Origin: an uncultured Thermomicrobiales bacterium
Lineage (GTDB): Bacteria; Chloroflexota; Chloroflexia; Thermomicrobiales; CADCWN01
Assembly (NCBI GenBank): GCA_902806415.1
Contig: CADCWN010000015.1
Span: 57,229 to 121,228, forward strand
Direction: 5' to 3'
Length of the DNA: 64,000 nt
Numbering within the stretch: the first letter of the stretch is position 1; each line of letters begins with the position of its first letter. Positions 18,139 to 26,598 of this stretch are shown here, in pieces. A program made the position numbers and the translations under genes. The notes beneath the pieces were generated by a model, which saw only the letters and a program-made list of their open reading frames with translations, searched no databases and had not been told where the DNA came from.

Positions 18139-18993
18139 ATGAGCGGGGCACGTAGCGGGCGCGATCCCGCCGAGGGTGTCTTCGCGGGCTTCCTCGATCG
18201 CCACTGGGCGGAGGTGGTGCGCTTCTTCCGGCAAGGGCTCTACCGCGAGCGTGACCGGCGCAACGCCGAGGACTGCGCCCAGGAAGCGTTCATCAAGCTG
18301 GCGCGGCGGTATCGCGATGACACCGCCACCGTGCGCGCGGTCGTCGGCCAGGGTCGGGCAACGGGGCGACCGCTCGCCATCGCTGAACTGGCGCGGCACC
18401 TCGCGTGCGACCCCGCCGAGGCCGAGGTGCGGGCGCGGCGCGCCGTCGTGAGCGGCTGGCTCCGCGTCAGCGAGACGGAAGGAGGGACAGCCTTTGACGG
18501 CGCGATCACCTTCGGGTCGGCACCGCTCGTCCTCGATCTCGCGCCGCTGGCGGCGATGCGCTGGACAACCTACCGCAATGTCCTGGCCGATTATGGGCGA
18601 CGGCGGATCGCGGCGGACAACGCCCGCGCGGGCGACCTGGCGGATCTCGTGGCAACGGGCCAGGAGCCGCGCGATCCGCAGCCCGGCCCCGAGCGCGCGA
18701 CCGCAGCGACGGAGCTACACGCACAGATCGCCGCCTGCCTGGATACGCTGCCGCACGCCGAGCGCACGGTCCTGATCCTGCATTACTTCTATGGGCTGCG
18801 CTTCCCGGCGATCGTCACAGTGCCGGGCGTGCCGGAACTCCTCGAACCGCCGGGCATCGCCGAGGGGCGCTCCGCGACCCAACTGGTGCAACGGCTGAAA
18901 GATCTGGCCAAGGCCGGGCGGCGGCAGATGCGACGACACTGCCCGCATCTGGCCGACTTCCTCGTGGGCGGGGGCGACGATGACGAGCGGTGA
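18139..18993 (+). CDS. sigma-70 family (ECF-like) RNA polymerase sigma factor with insertions
   Basis: Region-2-like …AEDCAQEAFIKLARRY… and …RWTTYRNVLADYGRRR…, and region-4-like …LDTLPHAERTVLILHYFYGLRF…QLVQRLKDLAKAGRRQM… I trimmed to ATG 18139. Confidence 0.65.
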   Translation: MSGARSGRDPAEGVFAGFLDRHWAEVVRFFRQGLYRERDRRNAEDCAQEAFIKLARRYRDDTATVRAVVGQGRATGRPLAIAELARHLACDPAEAEVRARRAVVSGWLRVSETEGGTAFDGAITFGSAPLVLDLAPLAAMRWTTYRNVLADYGRRRIAADNARAGDLADLVATGQEPRDPQPGPERATAATELHAQIAACLDTLPHAERTVLILHYFYGLRFPAIVTVPGVPELLEPPGIAEGRSATQLVQRLKDLAKAGRRQMRRHCPHLADFLVGGGDDDER

Positions 18994-19825
18994 ACCGTTC
19001 CCCATGATCGACTACTGCGATCACGCGCTGGCCGTCGCCGCGACCGGGCAACTGCCGCCGTGGGAGGCGGTGCGTGCCTGCCCGATCTGCTTGCGGCGCT
19101 GGCGAATCGCCGAGGCACGACGGCACGGCTGGACGCCGCTCCCGCGCATTGCGGCGCTCGCCCTGCTCGACCAAATGGCCGAGGCGCTCGCCAGTGGGCG
19201 CGAGCGGGCCGACGACCAGACACGACGAGGCTTCTACGCCGCCCTGGCGATCGCGCCCGACGACGAGGCCGACTTCGCCGCAGCGATCGCCGCAGCGCGG
19301 CCAGGGACGACGGAGCAGTTAGCACCGCCCGACACCTTCGGCTGGCGCGCGATCTTCGCCGACCTCAGTCCCGTAGCGCCCATGCCAGAGCCGGATCGGA
19401 TCACCCGCGTCTGGCAGTGGCGTACGGCGGGCGCGACCCTCGCCGGTGAGGGTCGCGCCTTCATCCGGGGGGAGACCCTCCCCCCGTTCCTGCCCGCCCC
19501 GCCCGACACGACGCGCGCCGGGCGATGGCTCCGCGAAGGGGCAGGCACCGATGAGCGGCCGATCCAACGGCAGATCCTCGGGCCGCTCCTCCTCGCCGTG
19601 TTCGCGGGCGATACTGCGGACACGCTGCGGCTGACGCTACGCTTGCGCGAGCACGCCCTCGCCGAGCCGGTGCCGACGCGCATCCACCTCGGGCACGAGG
19701 TGACTGACGCCCCGCGCGGTCCTGTTTGGGCGGGTGTTCTTTCGGAGGAGCGGCGGGAGTTGACCCTCCTTCTCCAGCGCGCCGATCTCGACGCCTTCGC
19801 AATCGAGATCGACACGGCGTGGTGA
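18980..19825 (+). CDS. hypothetical protein, possible zinc-finger anti-sigma partner
   Basis: It overlaps the sigma gene 3' end by 14 nt. The N-terminus …DYCDHALAVAATGQLPPWEAVRACPICLRRW… resembles a zf-HC2 anti-sigma motif. The rest is unrecognised. Confidence 0.5.
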   Translation: MTSGEPFPMIDYCDHALAVAATGQLPPWEAVRACPICLRRWRIAEARRHGWTPLPRIAALALLDQMAEALASGRERADDQTRRGFYAALAIAPDDEADFAAAIAAARPGTTEQLAPPDTFGWRAIFADLSPVAPMPEPDRITRVWQWRTAGATLAGEGRAFIRGETLPPFLPAPPDTTRAGRWLREGAGTDERPIQRQILGPLLLAVFAGDTADTLRLTLRLREHALAEPVPTRIHLGHEVTDAPRGPVWAGVLSEERRELTLLLQRADLDAFAIEIDTAW

Positions 19826-19899
19826 GGGGCGGGCGCGTTCCCATCGCTGAGCGTCGCGCTGTGGCAGGATGGCGCTCAGGTTAGCTTGTCCGAAAGGAG

Positions 19900-21552
19900 T
19901 TATTGCGGCGCGGGGATCGGCGCGGGGCGTTGCTCAAACAGGGGCAATAGGCGCTCCCAACTCGTCTCGCCGGGGTGGCGTGCCAGGCAGAAGCGCCGCA
20001 GCGACTCGGCGAGTCGCAACCCACGCGCCGGGTCATGGTCGAGCGCCCAGATCAGCGCGGCGGCGAGATCGTCATCATCGTCGTCGAGTTGCCGCCCCCA
20101 CCAAGCGCGGCCCGGCCCACCCGTCGCCTGCCGAACAGCCTCCTCGGCCAGGATAGAGCACCAATCGAGGTGACGGTCGCGCGCCTCGTCCTCTTCGCCC
20201 GCCGCGCGACCCTTCGCGCGCGCGTAGTCGCGAATCGGGCGCGCAAGACGGTAACGCAGCCCTCCATCGCGACATTCGGGCTGAATGAGCGCGGCTTGCA
20301 CCAGGCGCCGCAGACCGGTGGACACGGCAGCGCCGTCGCCCGCCCGCGCGAAGACAGGGGCAGCCTCACCGGGCCAACTGCCCGCGAACGCGGCGAGACC
20401 CCGCAACAAGGCGCGATCCTCACTGGCGAGCAGCGCATAGCTCCACGCGATCGTATCCGTCAACGTATCCTCGCTCGGCATGGCTGCGAAGCTCGCGGCG
20501 AGAGCTTCGAGCGACAGGGTGCCGACGCGCGCGGCGACCAGTTCGATCGCCAGCGGCAGACCGCCGGTCACCCGGCAGATCGCCTCGATCCGCCCCGCAT
20601 TCGCGAGGTTGACGGTGAATGTGGGGAGGGCGAGCGCGGCCCGGTCGGCGAACAGCCGCACCGCCGCGCTCGCGCGGATCGCCGGGAAAGGCGCGCGCGC
20701 GGGCCGGCCGCCGACCGACGTGCCGGATGCGCCCGGCAAGTCCAGCGGCGCGACGCGCCAGACCATCTCCCCCTCGACCTGCAACGGTTCATGGCTGGTC
20801 GCCACGAAGCGCAACGCCGGGCAGCGCCGCAGCAAACTCGCCACGAGGGTGGCGCAGGGGTCGAGCAGCAGCTCGCACTCGTCGAGCAGCAGCAAGAGTT
20901 GGCGGCTGCGGAGGGCACCGGCCAGCGCATCAAGCGCCGTCAGGCCGGACCATGCAGGCAGGCCGACGGCGCGGGCCACCGCGCGTGGCAGATTTTCGGG
21001 GTTAATCAGGCCCGAGAGCACCACGAGCCGCGTCCCGTCGCGATAGTCCCCCGCGAGATCCTCAGCGAGGCGGAGGGCGAGGCGCGTCTTACCGGAACCG
21101 CCCGGCCCCACCAAGGTGATCAATCGCGGGCGCAACGGGGGGGAAGGCCCGCCGCCCGGCGGGGCGTCCTCAGGCTCGGGCGCACCGGCAACGCGCAGTT
21201 CGGCCAGGTCGCGCTCGCGCCCGACGAAGTCCGAATCGTAGCGAATCAGGGTGCGGTGCGGCGCTTCTATCCCCGGTACGCTGGGATGGACAGGGGTTAT
21301 CGTCGCTTCGAGGTGGGCGCGCTCGTCGGCGGTCAGTCCGAGCGCGTCGGCCAGCAGGCGAATCGTATCGCCGCGCGGGCGGGCGCGGCGGTCGCCTTCC
21401 AGGCCGACGATCGAGCGCAGGGCGACGCCGGAGCGCGCGGCCAGCCCCTTCTGCGTCAGGTCGGCCCTACGGCGATACCGCCTGAGGAGTTGCCCGAATG
21501 TCTCCGCGCCCGCCATGACGCCCTTCCCCCCTGTCGCTGCGCGCGCGACCAT
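19900..21552 (-). CDS. XRE-type HTH plus NB-ARC/AAA (STAND) ATPase regulator
   Basis: HTH …FGQLLRRYRRRADLTQKGLAARSGVALRSIVGLE…, Walker A LVGPGGSGKTRLAL and Walker B LLLLLDECE. The start may be ATG 21516. Confidence 0.8.
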   Translation of the reverse strand: MVARAATGGKGVMAGAETFGQLLRRYRRRADLTQKGLAARSGVALRSIVGLEGDRRARPRGDTIRLLADALGLTADERAHLEATITPVHPSVPGIEAPHRTLIRYDSDFVGRERDLAELRVAGAPEPEDAPPGGGPSPPLRPRLITLVGPGGSGKTRLALRLAEDLAGDYRDGTRLVVLSGLINPENLPRAVARAVGLPAWSGLTALDALAGALRSRQLLLLLDECELLLDPCATLVASLLRRCPALRFVATSHEPLQVEGEMVWRVAPLDLPGASGTSVGGRPARAPFPAIRASAAVRLFADRAALALPTFTVNLANAGRIEAICRVTGGLPLAIELVAARVGTLSLEALAASFAAMPSEDTLTDTIAWSYALLASEDRALLRGLAAFAGSWPGEAAPVFARAGDGAAVSTGLRRLVQAALIQPECRDGGLRYRLARPIRDYARAKGRAAGEEDEARDRHLDWCSILAEEAVRQATGGPGRAWWGRQLDDDDDDLAAALIWALDHDPARGLRLAESLRRFCLARHPGETSWERLLPLFEQRPAPIPAPQ

Positions 21553-21698
21553 CCCCTCCGCCGTACGCTCAACAGGGGGAGGCGCGCATGGAACAGCCGT
21601 GTGACTCGCGATCCGCGCGCGGCGGATCGCTCGAACGTTGTAGGAGTGGCGCGATCACAGGGCGAGGGCAGCGGTGATGATGCGCCGACAGCGCGGGG

Positions 21699-22637
21699 TC
21701 ACCCGGCCAGCATTTCCACCAGCAGCGCCTTCTGGACATGCAGGCGGTTCTCGGTCTGGTCGAAGACGATCGACTGCGGGCCATCCACCACCTCGGCGGT
21801 GACCTCCTGACCGCGCAGGACCGGCAGGCAGTGCATGAAGACCGCGTCGGGGTGCGTGGCATCCATCAGGCCGTCGGTGACCCGATACGGCTCCAAATCA
21901 TCGACCGGCATCGTGTCGGGGTCGCCCATGTTGCGCCAGACATCGGTGTAGACGACATCCGCGCCGCGCACGCCCAGGTACGTATCGTGGATCACCTCGA
22001 CCGTGGCATCGTTGGCGGCGGCATGGCGCTCCGCCCGTGCCAGGATATCGGCGTTCGGCATCCGCGTCGGCGGACAGACAACGCGCACATTCAGCCCGAG
22101 CAGTGCCCCCGACAGCATCAGCGAATGGCACATATTGTTCGCACCGCCCACAAAGGCGAGGGTGCGCCCCTGCCAGCCGCCCAACTTTTCGCGGACGGTC
22201 AGCATATCACAAAGCGCCTGGCACGGGTGCAGGAGATCCGAGAGGCCATTGATCGTCGGCAGGCCGCCGACCAGCAGCCCCTCCAGCGTCTCGTGATGCA
22301 TCACGCGCGCCATGACCGCATCCACGTAGCGGGCCAGGACTCGGCTGGTATCCTCGATCGTCTCGCCCCGCCCGAGTTGCAGATCGCGCGTCGAGAGGAA
22401 GAGTGCATGGCCGCCGAGTTGCGCCACCCCGGCCTCGAACGAAACGCGGGTGCGGAGGGAGACCTTCTCGAAGATCAGTGCCACGGTCTTGCCGCGCAGG
22501 ATCTCGTCGTGCAGGAGTCCGCGCCGCCGATCGTCCTTCAGCGCCGTCGCCCGATCGAGGACACGGAGCAACTCTGCGGTGCTGAAATCATCATCGGCGA
22601 TGAAGCTGCGGCCCTTCAGCGATACTACTGCGGTCAT
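21699..22637 (-). CDS. argF: ornithine carbamoyltransferase-like protein
   Basis: …ALIFEKVSLRTRVSFE…HPCQALCDM…DVWRNMG…FMHCLPVLRGQEVT… The overall pattern is OTC. Two motifs are atypical (SLRTR, NMG), so the gene symbol is tentative. Confidence 0.85.
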   Translation of the reverse strand: MTAVVSLKGRSFIADDDFSTAELLRVLDRATALKDDRRRGLLHDEILRGKTVALIFEKVSLRTRVSFEAGVAQLGGHALFLSTRDLQLGRGETIEDTSRVLARYVDAVMARVMHHETLEGLLVGGLPTINGLSDLLHPCQALCDMLTVREKLGGWQGRTLAFVGGANNMCHSLMLSGALLGLNVRVVCPPTRMPNADILARAERHAAANDATVEVIHDTYLGVRGADVVYTDVWRNMGDPDTMPVDDLEPYRVTDGLMDATHPDAVFMHCLPVLRGQEVTAEVVDGPQSIVFDQTENRLHVQKALLVEMLAG

Positions 22638-22658
22638 CCCTCTCTCCGGTTTATTGTT

Positions 22659-22823
22659 GGCAGTCGGCAGTCGGCTGGTAGTCGTCGGTCGTCGGTCGTC
22701 AGTCCTCAGAAGAGCGTCCGTAGTCCGTAGAAGGGTAGCTGACCTGCGGCCCTACTCGACCACTGGCCCACTGGCTCACTCGCACCACCCTCTGACGACT
22801 GACGACTGCCGACCGACGACTCG
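22659..22823. repeat. composite heptamer-array element (locus D)
   Basis: RGTCGTC-type array, AGTCCTC-AGAAGAG, AGTCCGT-AGAAGGG, TGGCCCA/CTGGCTC units, then a complementary CTGACGA array. It fills the whole gap between the carbamoyltransferase start and the upp stop. Confidence 0.9.
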
Positions 22824-23495
22824 CTACTCGCCCGTGTGGAAGACACGATCCCCCGCGTCGCCGAGGCCGGGGCAAATATATCCCTGCTCGTTCAATTCGC
22901 GGTCGAGCGCCGCGACATAGATCTCTACGTCGGGATGTGCCTCGGTCAGCTGCGCCACGCCATAGGGCGCGGCGACGATGCCGATATAGGTGATCCGCTC
23001 CGCGCCGACCTCTTTCACCAGATCCACCGCGCTCACCGCCGAGCCACCGGTCGCCAGCATCGGGTCGACGACGATGCAATGCGCGGCCTGCCCGCTCCGC
23101 ATCGCACGGTTGTAATACGGGACCGGGCGTAGCGTCTCCTCGTCGCGGTAGAGGCCGAGGTGCCAGACGCGCGCCTCCGGCAGCAGGCGCAGCAGCGGCT
23201 CGACCATCGCCAACCCGGCGCGCATGATCGGCACGATCGCGATCGGTTGCGCCACTTTCACCCCGATCATCGGCTCCAGCGGCGTCACGATCGGTCGCTC
23301 GGCCAGTGCCAACCCGGCCAGCGCCTCATAACCGACGAGGGTCGTCAACTCGCCGAGCAACTCGCGGAAGCGCGACGGTGCCGTCTCGGTGGCACGCAGC
23401 AGAGTCAGTTGCACCGCGATCAGCGGGTGCGTCGCCACATGCAGGCGCGGCTGGCGCAACGCCTCCGCGCGCGTCGGCTGCTCCCGACCGGCCAT
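22824..23495 (-). CDS. upp: uracil phosphoribosyltransferase
   Basis: …HPLIAVQLTLLR…IVPIMRAGLAM…VDPMLATGGSAV…YICPGLGDAGDR… I trimmed from the 534-aa track ORF to ATG 23495. Confidence 0.92.
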   Translation of the reverse strand: MAGREQPTRAEALRQPRLHVATHPLIAVQLTLLRATETAPSRFRELLGELTTLVGYEALAGLALAERPIVTPLEPMIGVKVAQPIAIVPIMRAGLAMVEPLLRLLPEARVWHLGLYRDEETLRPVPYYNRAMRSGQAAHCIVVDPMLATGGSAVSAVDLVKEVGAERITYIGIVAAPYGVAQLTEAHPDVEIYVAALDRELNEQGYICPGLGDAGDRVFHTGE

Positions 23496-23808
23496 CGGTC
23501 GCGGTCGCGCGCCCTCAACCACCGCTACCCCTCCATATACGCGCCATTTTGGATACGCGTCACTGAGGCCCAAATACCCGCGCATCGGTCGCCGCTGGCG
23601 GTGCTCAGGCTCCCGACCGGTGCCGGAAGACCGGTAGTATACAACACCGCTATTCCGGCGATGTGGTGCCGTTTTCGGGGCGGCACGCGATGTGCGCCGC
23701 CCCTCCCGCTGGGGAACGTACTCGCGCTGGGCGCGCGTCCTCCCCATAGGTCTGGGCCACTGGAGCTCTATACCGTTCGCTGGAACTGTGCAATCGGGGG
23801 AGAAGCCA

Positions 23809-25260
23809 ATGCCGAAGCGTGTCCCATCCTGTTGCTTACGACGCTGGCCGTGGCTCCTCACCCTCACCCTGACGAGTTTCCTCGCCGCGTGCGGCGGCGG
23901 GCCTGATACCCCGACCGTCCCGCCGACCCCGCCAAGTACCGCGACGGCAGTCGGTGGCACCCGGGCTGCTGCGCCGAGTCCGACGACCGCCGCGACACCG
24001 CTCGGCGAGACCGGGACCGCCACGCGCGCCGGGACTGCCACACGCGGCGGGGCGACCACCACTCCCCCCACGCCAGCGAGCAGCAGTGCCCCGCAGAATC
24101 CGACGGCCACGCGTAGCGCGACAGCCACGCGCACTGTGAGTACCCCCGCTCCCGCCTCGGCGGGGCCGCCGCAGCAACAGACCCTCAGCGTCCCGACAGG
24201 GCAGGGCCAGACGCAGCCGACCCAGCAGCGAACGATTACCCTACCGGCGGGCTTCCAGATCAGCGTCTTCGCGGCGGGGCTGGGCAAGGCGCGGATGATG
24301 GCCTGGAGCCCCGAGGGAGCGCTCGTGGTCAGCGAGCAAGGACCGAGCGGGCGCGTCACAATCCTCACCGATCGCGACGGCAACGGTGCCGCCGACGAGC
24401 GTGTCCCCTTCACCCAAGGGCTGCGCAACCCGCACGGACTCGCCTTCCGCGACGGCTACCTCTATGTCGCCGCGGAGAATCAGGTGGTGCGTTACCGTTG
24501 GCAAGGGGGCGCGGCGGCGCAAGGGGAGGCGGAGACCATCATCCCCGATCTACCGACCGGCGGGCACGCCACGCGCACGATCGGCTTCGGGCCGGATGGC
24601 AAGCTCTATCTCGCGGTCGGGTCGAGTTGCAACGTCTGCAACGAGCAGGACGCGCGCCGCGCCGCGCTCTACCAGTACAACGCCGACGGGAGCGGCGGTC
24701 GGCTCCACGCGCGCGGCCTGCGGAACGCCGTCGGCTTCGTCTGGCAGCCAGGCACCGGCGCGCTCTGGGCGACAAACAACGGGCGCGACGGCCTCGGCGA
24801 CGAGTTGCCACCGGAGACGATCAACCTCGTGCGCGACGGGGCCGATTTCGGCTGGCCTTACTGCCACAATGGCCGGATTCGCGATCCGCAGTTCGGGCAG
24901 CAGGGATCGTGCGACAGCGTGACCAAACCGGCGCTCGAAGTGCAGGCCCATTCCGCGCCGCTCGGCCTCGCCTTCTACACCGGCCAGGCATTTCCCGCCG
25001 ACTACACCGGCGATCTCTTCGTCGCCTACCACGGCTCCTGGAACCGCAGCATCCCGACCGGCTACAAGATCGTGCGCGCCCGCTTCCAGGGGGGGCAACC
25101 GACCGGCCAGGTCGAGGATTTCGCCACCGGCTGGCTCCCCGATGGCGGCCGCTCCTCGTGGGGTCGCCCGGTCGATGTCAGCGTCGGGCCGGAGGGCAGC
25201 TTGTACGTCACCGATGACGCGCTCGGCGTGGTCTATCGGATTAGCTACGCGGGGCGCTGA
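23809..25260 (+). CDS. PQQ-dependent sugar dehydrogenase-like lipoprotein
   Basis: Signal/lipobox …LLTLTLTSFLAACGG, a Pro/Thr/Ala-rich linker, then …GLRNPHGLAFRDGYLYVA…GLRNAVGFVWQPGTGALWATNNGRD…DFGWPYC… I trimmed to ATG 23809. Confidence 0.85.
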   Translation: MPKRVPSCCLRRWPWLLTLTLTSFLAACGGGPDTPTVPPTPPSTATAVGGTRAAAPSPTTAATPLGETGTATRAGTATRGGATTTPPTPASSSAPQNPTATRSATATRTVSTPAPASAGPPQQQTLSVPTGQGQTQPTQQRTITLPAGFQISVFAAGLGKARMMAWSPEGALVVSEQGPSGRVTILTDRDGNGAADERVPFTQGLRNPHGLAFRDGYLYVAAENQVVRYRWQGGAAAQGEAETIIPDLPTGGHATRTIGFGPDGKLYLAVGSSCNVCNEQDARRAALYQYNADGSGGRLHARGLRNAVGFVWQPGTGALWATNNGRDGLGDELPPETINLVRDGADFGWPYCHNGRIRDPQFGQQGSCDSVTKPALEVQAHSAPLGLAFYTGQAFPADYTGDLFVAYHGSWNRSIPTGYKIVRARFQGGQPTGQVEDFATGWLPDGGRSSWGRPVDVSVGPEGSLYVTDDALGVVYRISYAGR

Positions 25261-25297
25261 ATGCGGTCCATTTCACCAGCGCTGGTGAGGCTCTTCC

Positions 25298-25318
25298 GGG
25301 GAGGGTCGCCGCCGGGGC
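25298..25318. repeat. inverted partial copy of the CGCCGCCCCGGCGGCGACCCTCCC hairpin repeat
   Basis: GGGAGGGTCGCCGCCGGGGCG is the reverse complement of 21 nt of the repeat seen at 46792.. and 53650.. Confidence 0.7.
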
Positions 25319-25437
25319 GACGGGGCGGGGTGAACTCCAACGCCAACGCAGCACTGGCATAGCGCCTGCGTACTCGCCGCAGGGTCGGCGCAGGGAAGAA
25401 CGAGGATTGATCGATAAAGAACTGGGAGGCGGGGCAG

Positions 25438-26475
25438 ATGGCACAGGCGGCGACGACACCGGAGACGACCGGCAGCGATCTCCTCGCGGGGCGTCGCCTC
25501 GGCTTCGCCTGTGTGGTCCTGGGGCGGGCCGGGATGAAGGCGCACGATGCGCGGCGCTGGCAGAACGAGCCGCACCTGCGCGTCAGCATCGGCTATCTGC
25601 ACGACATCTTCGACTATCTTGATGAGGTCGATATCCGCATGTACCGCCTCTCCTCCGGCGTCGCGCCCTACATCACGCACCCGGAGATGCCCCAGTTCTG
25701 GAACCAGATCGAGGAATGCCGGGACGAGTTGGCCGAATTGGGCGCGAAGGCGCGGCGCTACGACCTGCGCCTCAGTTCCCACCCCGGCCAGTACAGCCTC
25801 CTCAACGCGGTCGATGAGAAGATTTATGCCGATTCCCTGCGCGACTTCGACTACCACGTCACGCTACTCGACGCGCTGGGGATGCCGATCGACCACAAGA
25901 TCGTCACCCACGTCGGCGGGGTCTACGGCGACAAAGACGCCGCGCGCGACCGCTTCGCGACCCGCTACGAGACGTTGCCCGACAAGATCAAAGCCCGCCT
26001 GGTGTTGGAGAATGACGAGACACACTACGACCTGACCGATGTGCTGGCGATCCACCGCCAGACCGGGGTGCCGATTTGCTGGGACTGGCTCCACCACGAC
26101 GTCAACAACCCCGACCGGATCCCCGCCGACGAGGCGACCCGCCTCGTGTCCGCCACCTGGCCACCGGGGCAGCAGCCGAAGATCCACTACAGCTCGCAAC
26201 GTCGCGAGCCGCGCCTGGTCGCTCGCAAGAACCGGAAAACCGGCGAGCGCGTCATGGTCGAGGCCGCCGCCGCGACCGGTCAGCACGCCGACGATATCGA
26301 CGCCGCCGAGTTCGCCGCCTATCTCGCCTCGGTGCGCGACATCCCGTTCGACATCATGCTCGAGGCCAAGAACAAGGATCTGGCCCTGCTCAAGCTCCGC
26401 GCCGACCTCGCCGCCATGTCACCCCCCTTCGCCGCCTCGCCACCCCTGCCGTTTGAACACGCGGCCAACCCGTAG
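25438..26475 (+). CDS. uvdE: UV damage endonuclease
   Basis: …LGFACVVLG…YRLSSGVAPYITHPE…LSSHPGQYSLLNA…IVTHVGGVYGDK…LVLENDE… is UvdE/UvsE-like. Confidence 0.9.
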   Translation: MAQAATTPETTGSDLLAGRRLGFACVVLGRAGMKAHDARRWQNEPHLRVSIGYLHDIFDYLDEVDIRMYRLSSGVAPYITHPEMPQFWNQIEECRDELAELGAKARRYDLRLSSHPGQYSLLNAVDEKIYADSLRDFDYHVTLLDALGMPIDHKIVTHVGGVYGDKDAARDRFATRYETLPDKIKARLVLENDETHYDLTDVLAIHRQTGVPICWDWLHHDVNNPDRIPADEATRLVSATWPPGQQPKIHYSSQRREPRLVARKNRKTGERVMVEAAAATGQHADDIDAAEFAAYLASVRDIPFDIMLEAKNKDLALLKLRADLAAMSPPFAASPPLPFEHAANP

Positions 26476-26598
26476 CCCCACCCGGCGTGGCCCTTGGCAT
26501 GGACCTATCGCCCCCGAACGACCATCGGGCCTTGCATCCACGCCCGCAACACCCCCATACTCGCTCACGAAACGCCGAGCACATGCGGGAGAAGTCCG

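Noticed and set aside
19975-21810. 611-aa + strand ORF
   Set aside because: It is antisense to the STAND ATPase and the 3' end of the carbamoyltransferase, with no motifs and a shadow composition.
22659-22823. Heptamer arrays as CRISPR arrays
   Set aside because: The units are 7 nt and directly abutting, with no unique spacers, and no cas genes are in the window. This is not a CRISPR architecture.
23496-24428. N-terminal ~310 aa of the 534-aa track ORF containing upp
   Set aside because: It is read-through of the upp upstream region and antisense to the PQQ-dehydrogenase gene. Upp homology begins only near the ATG at 23495.
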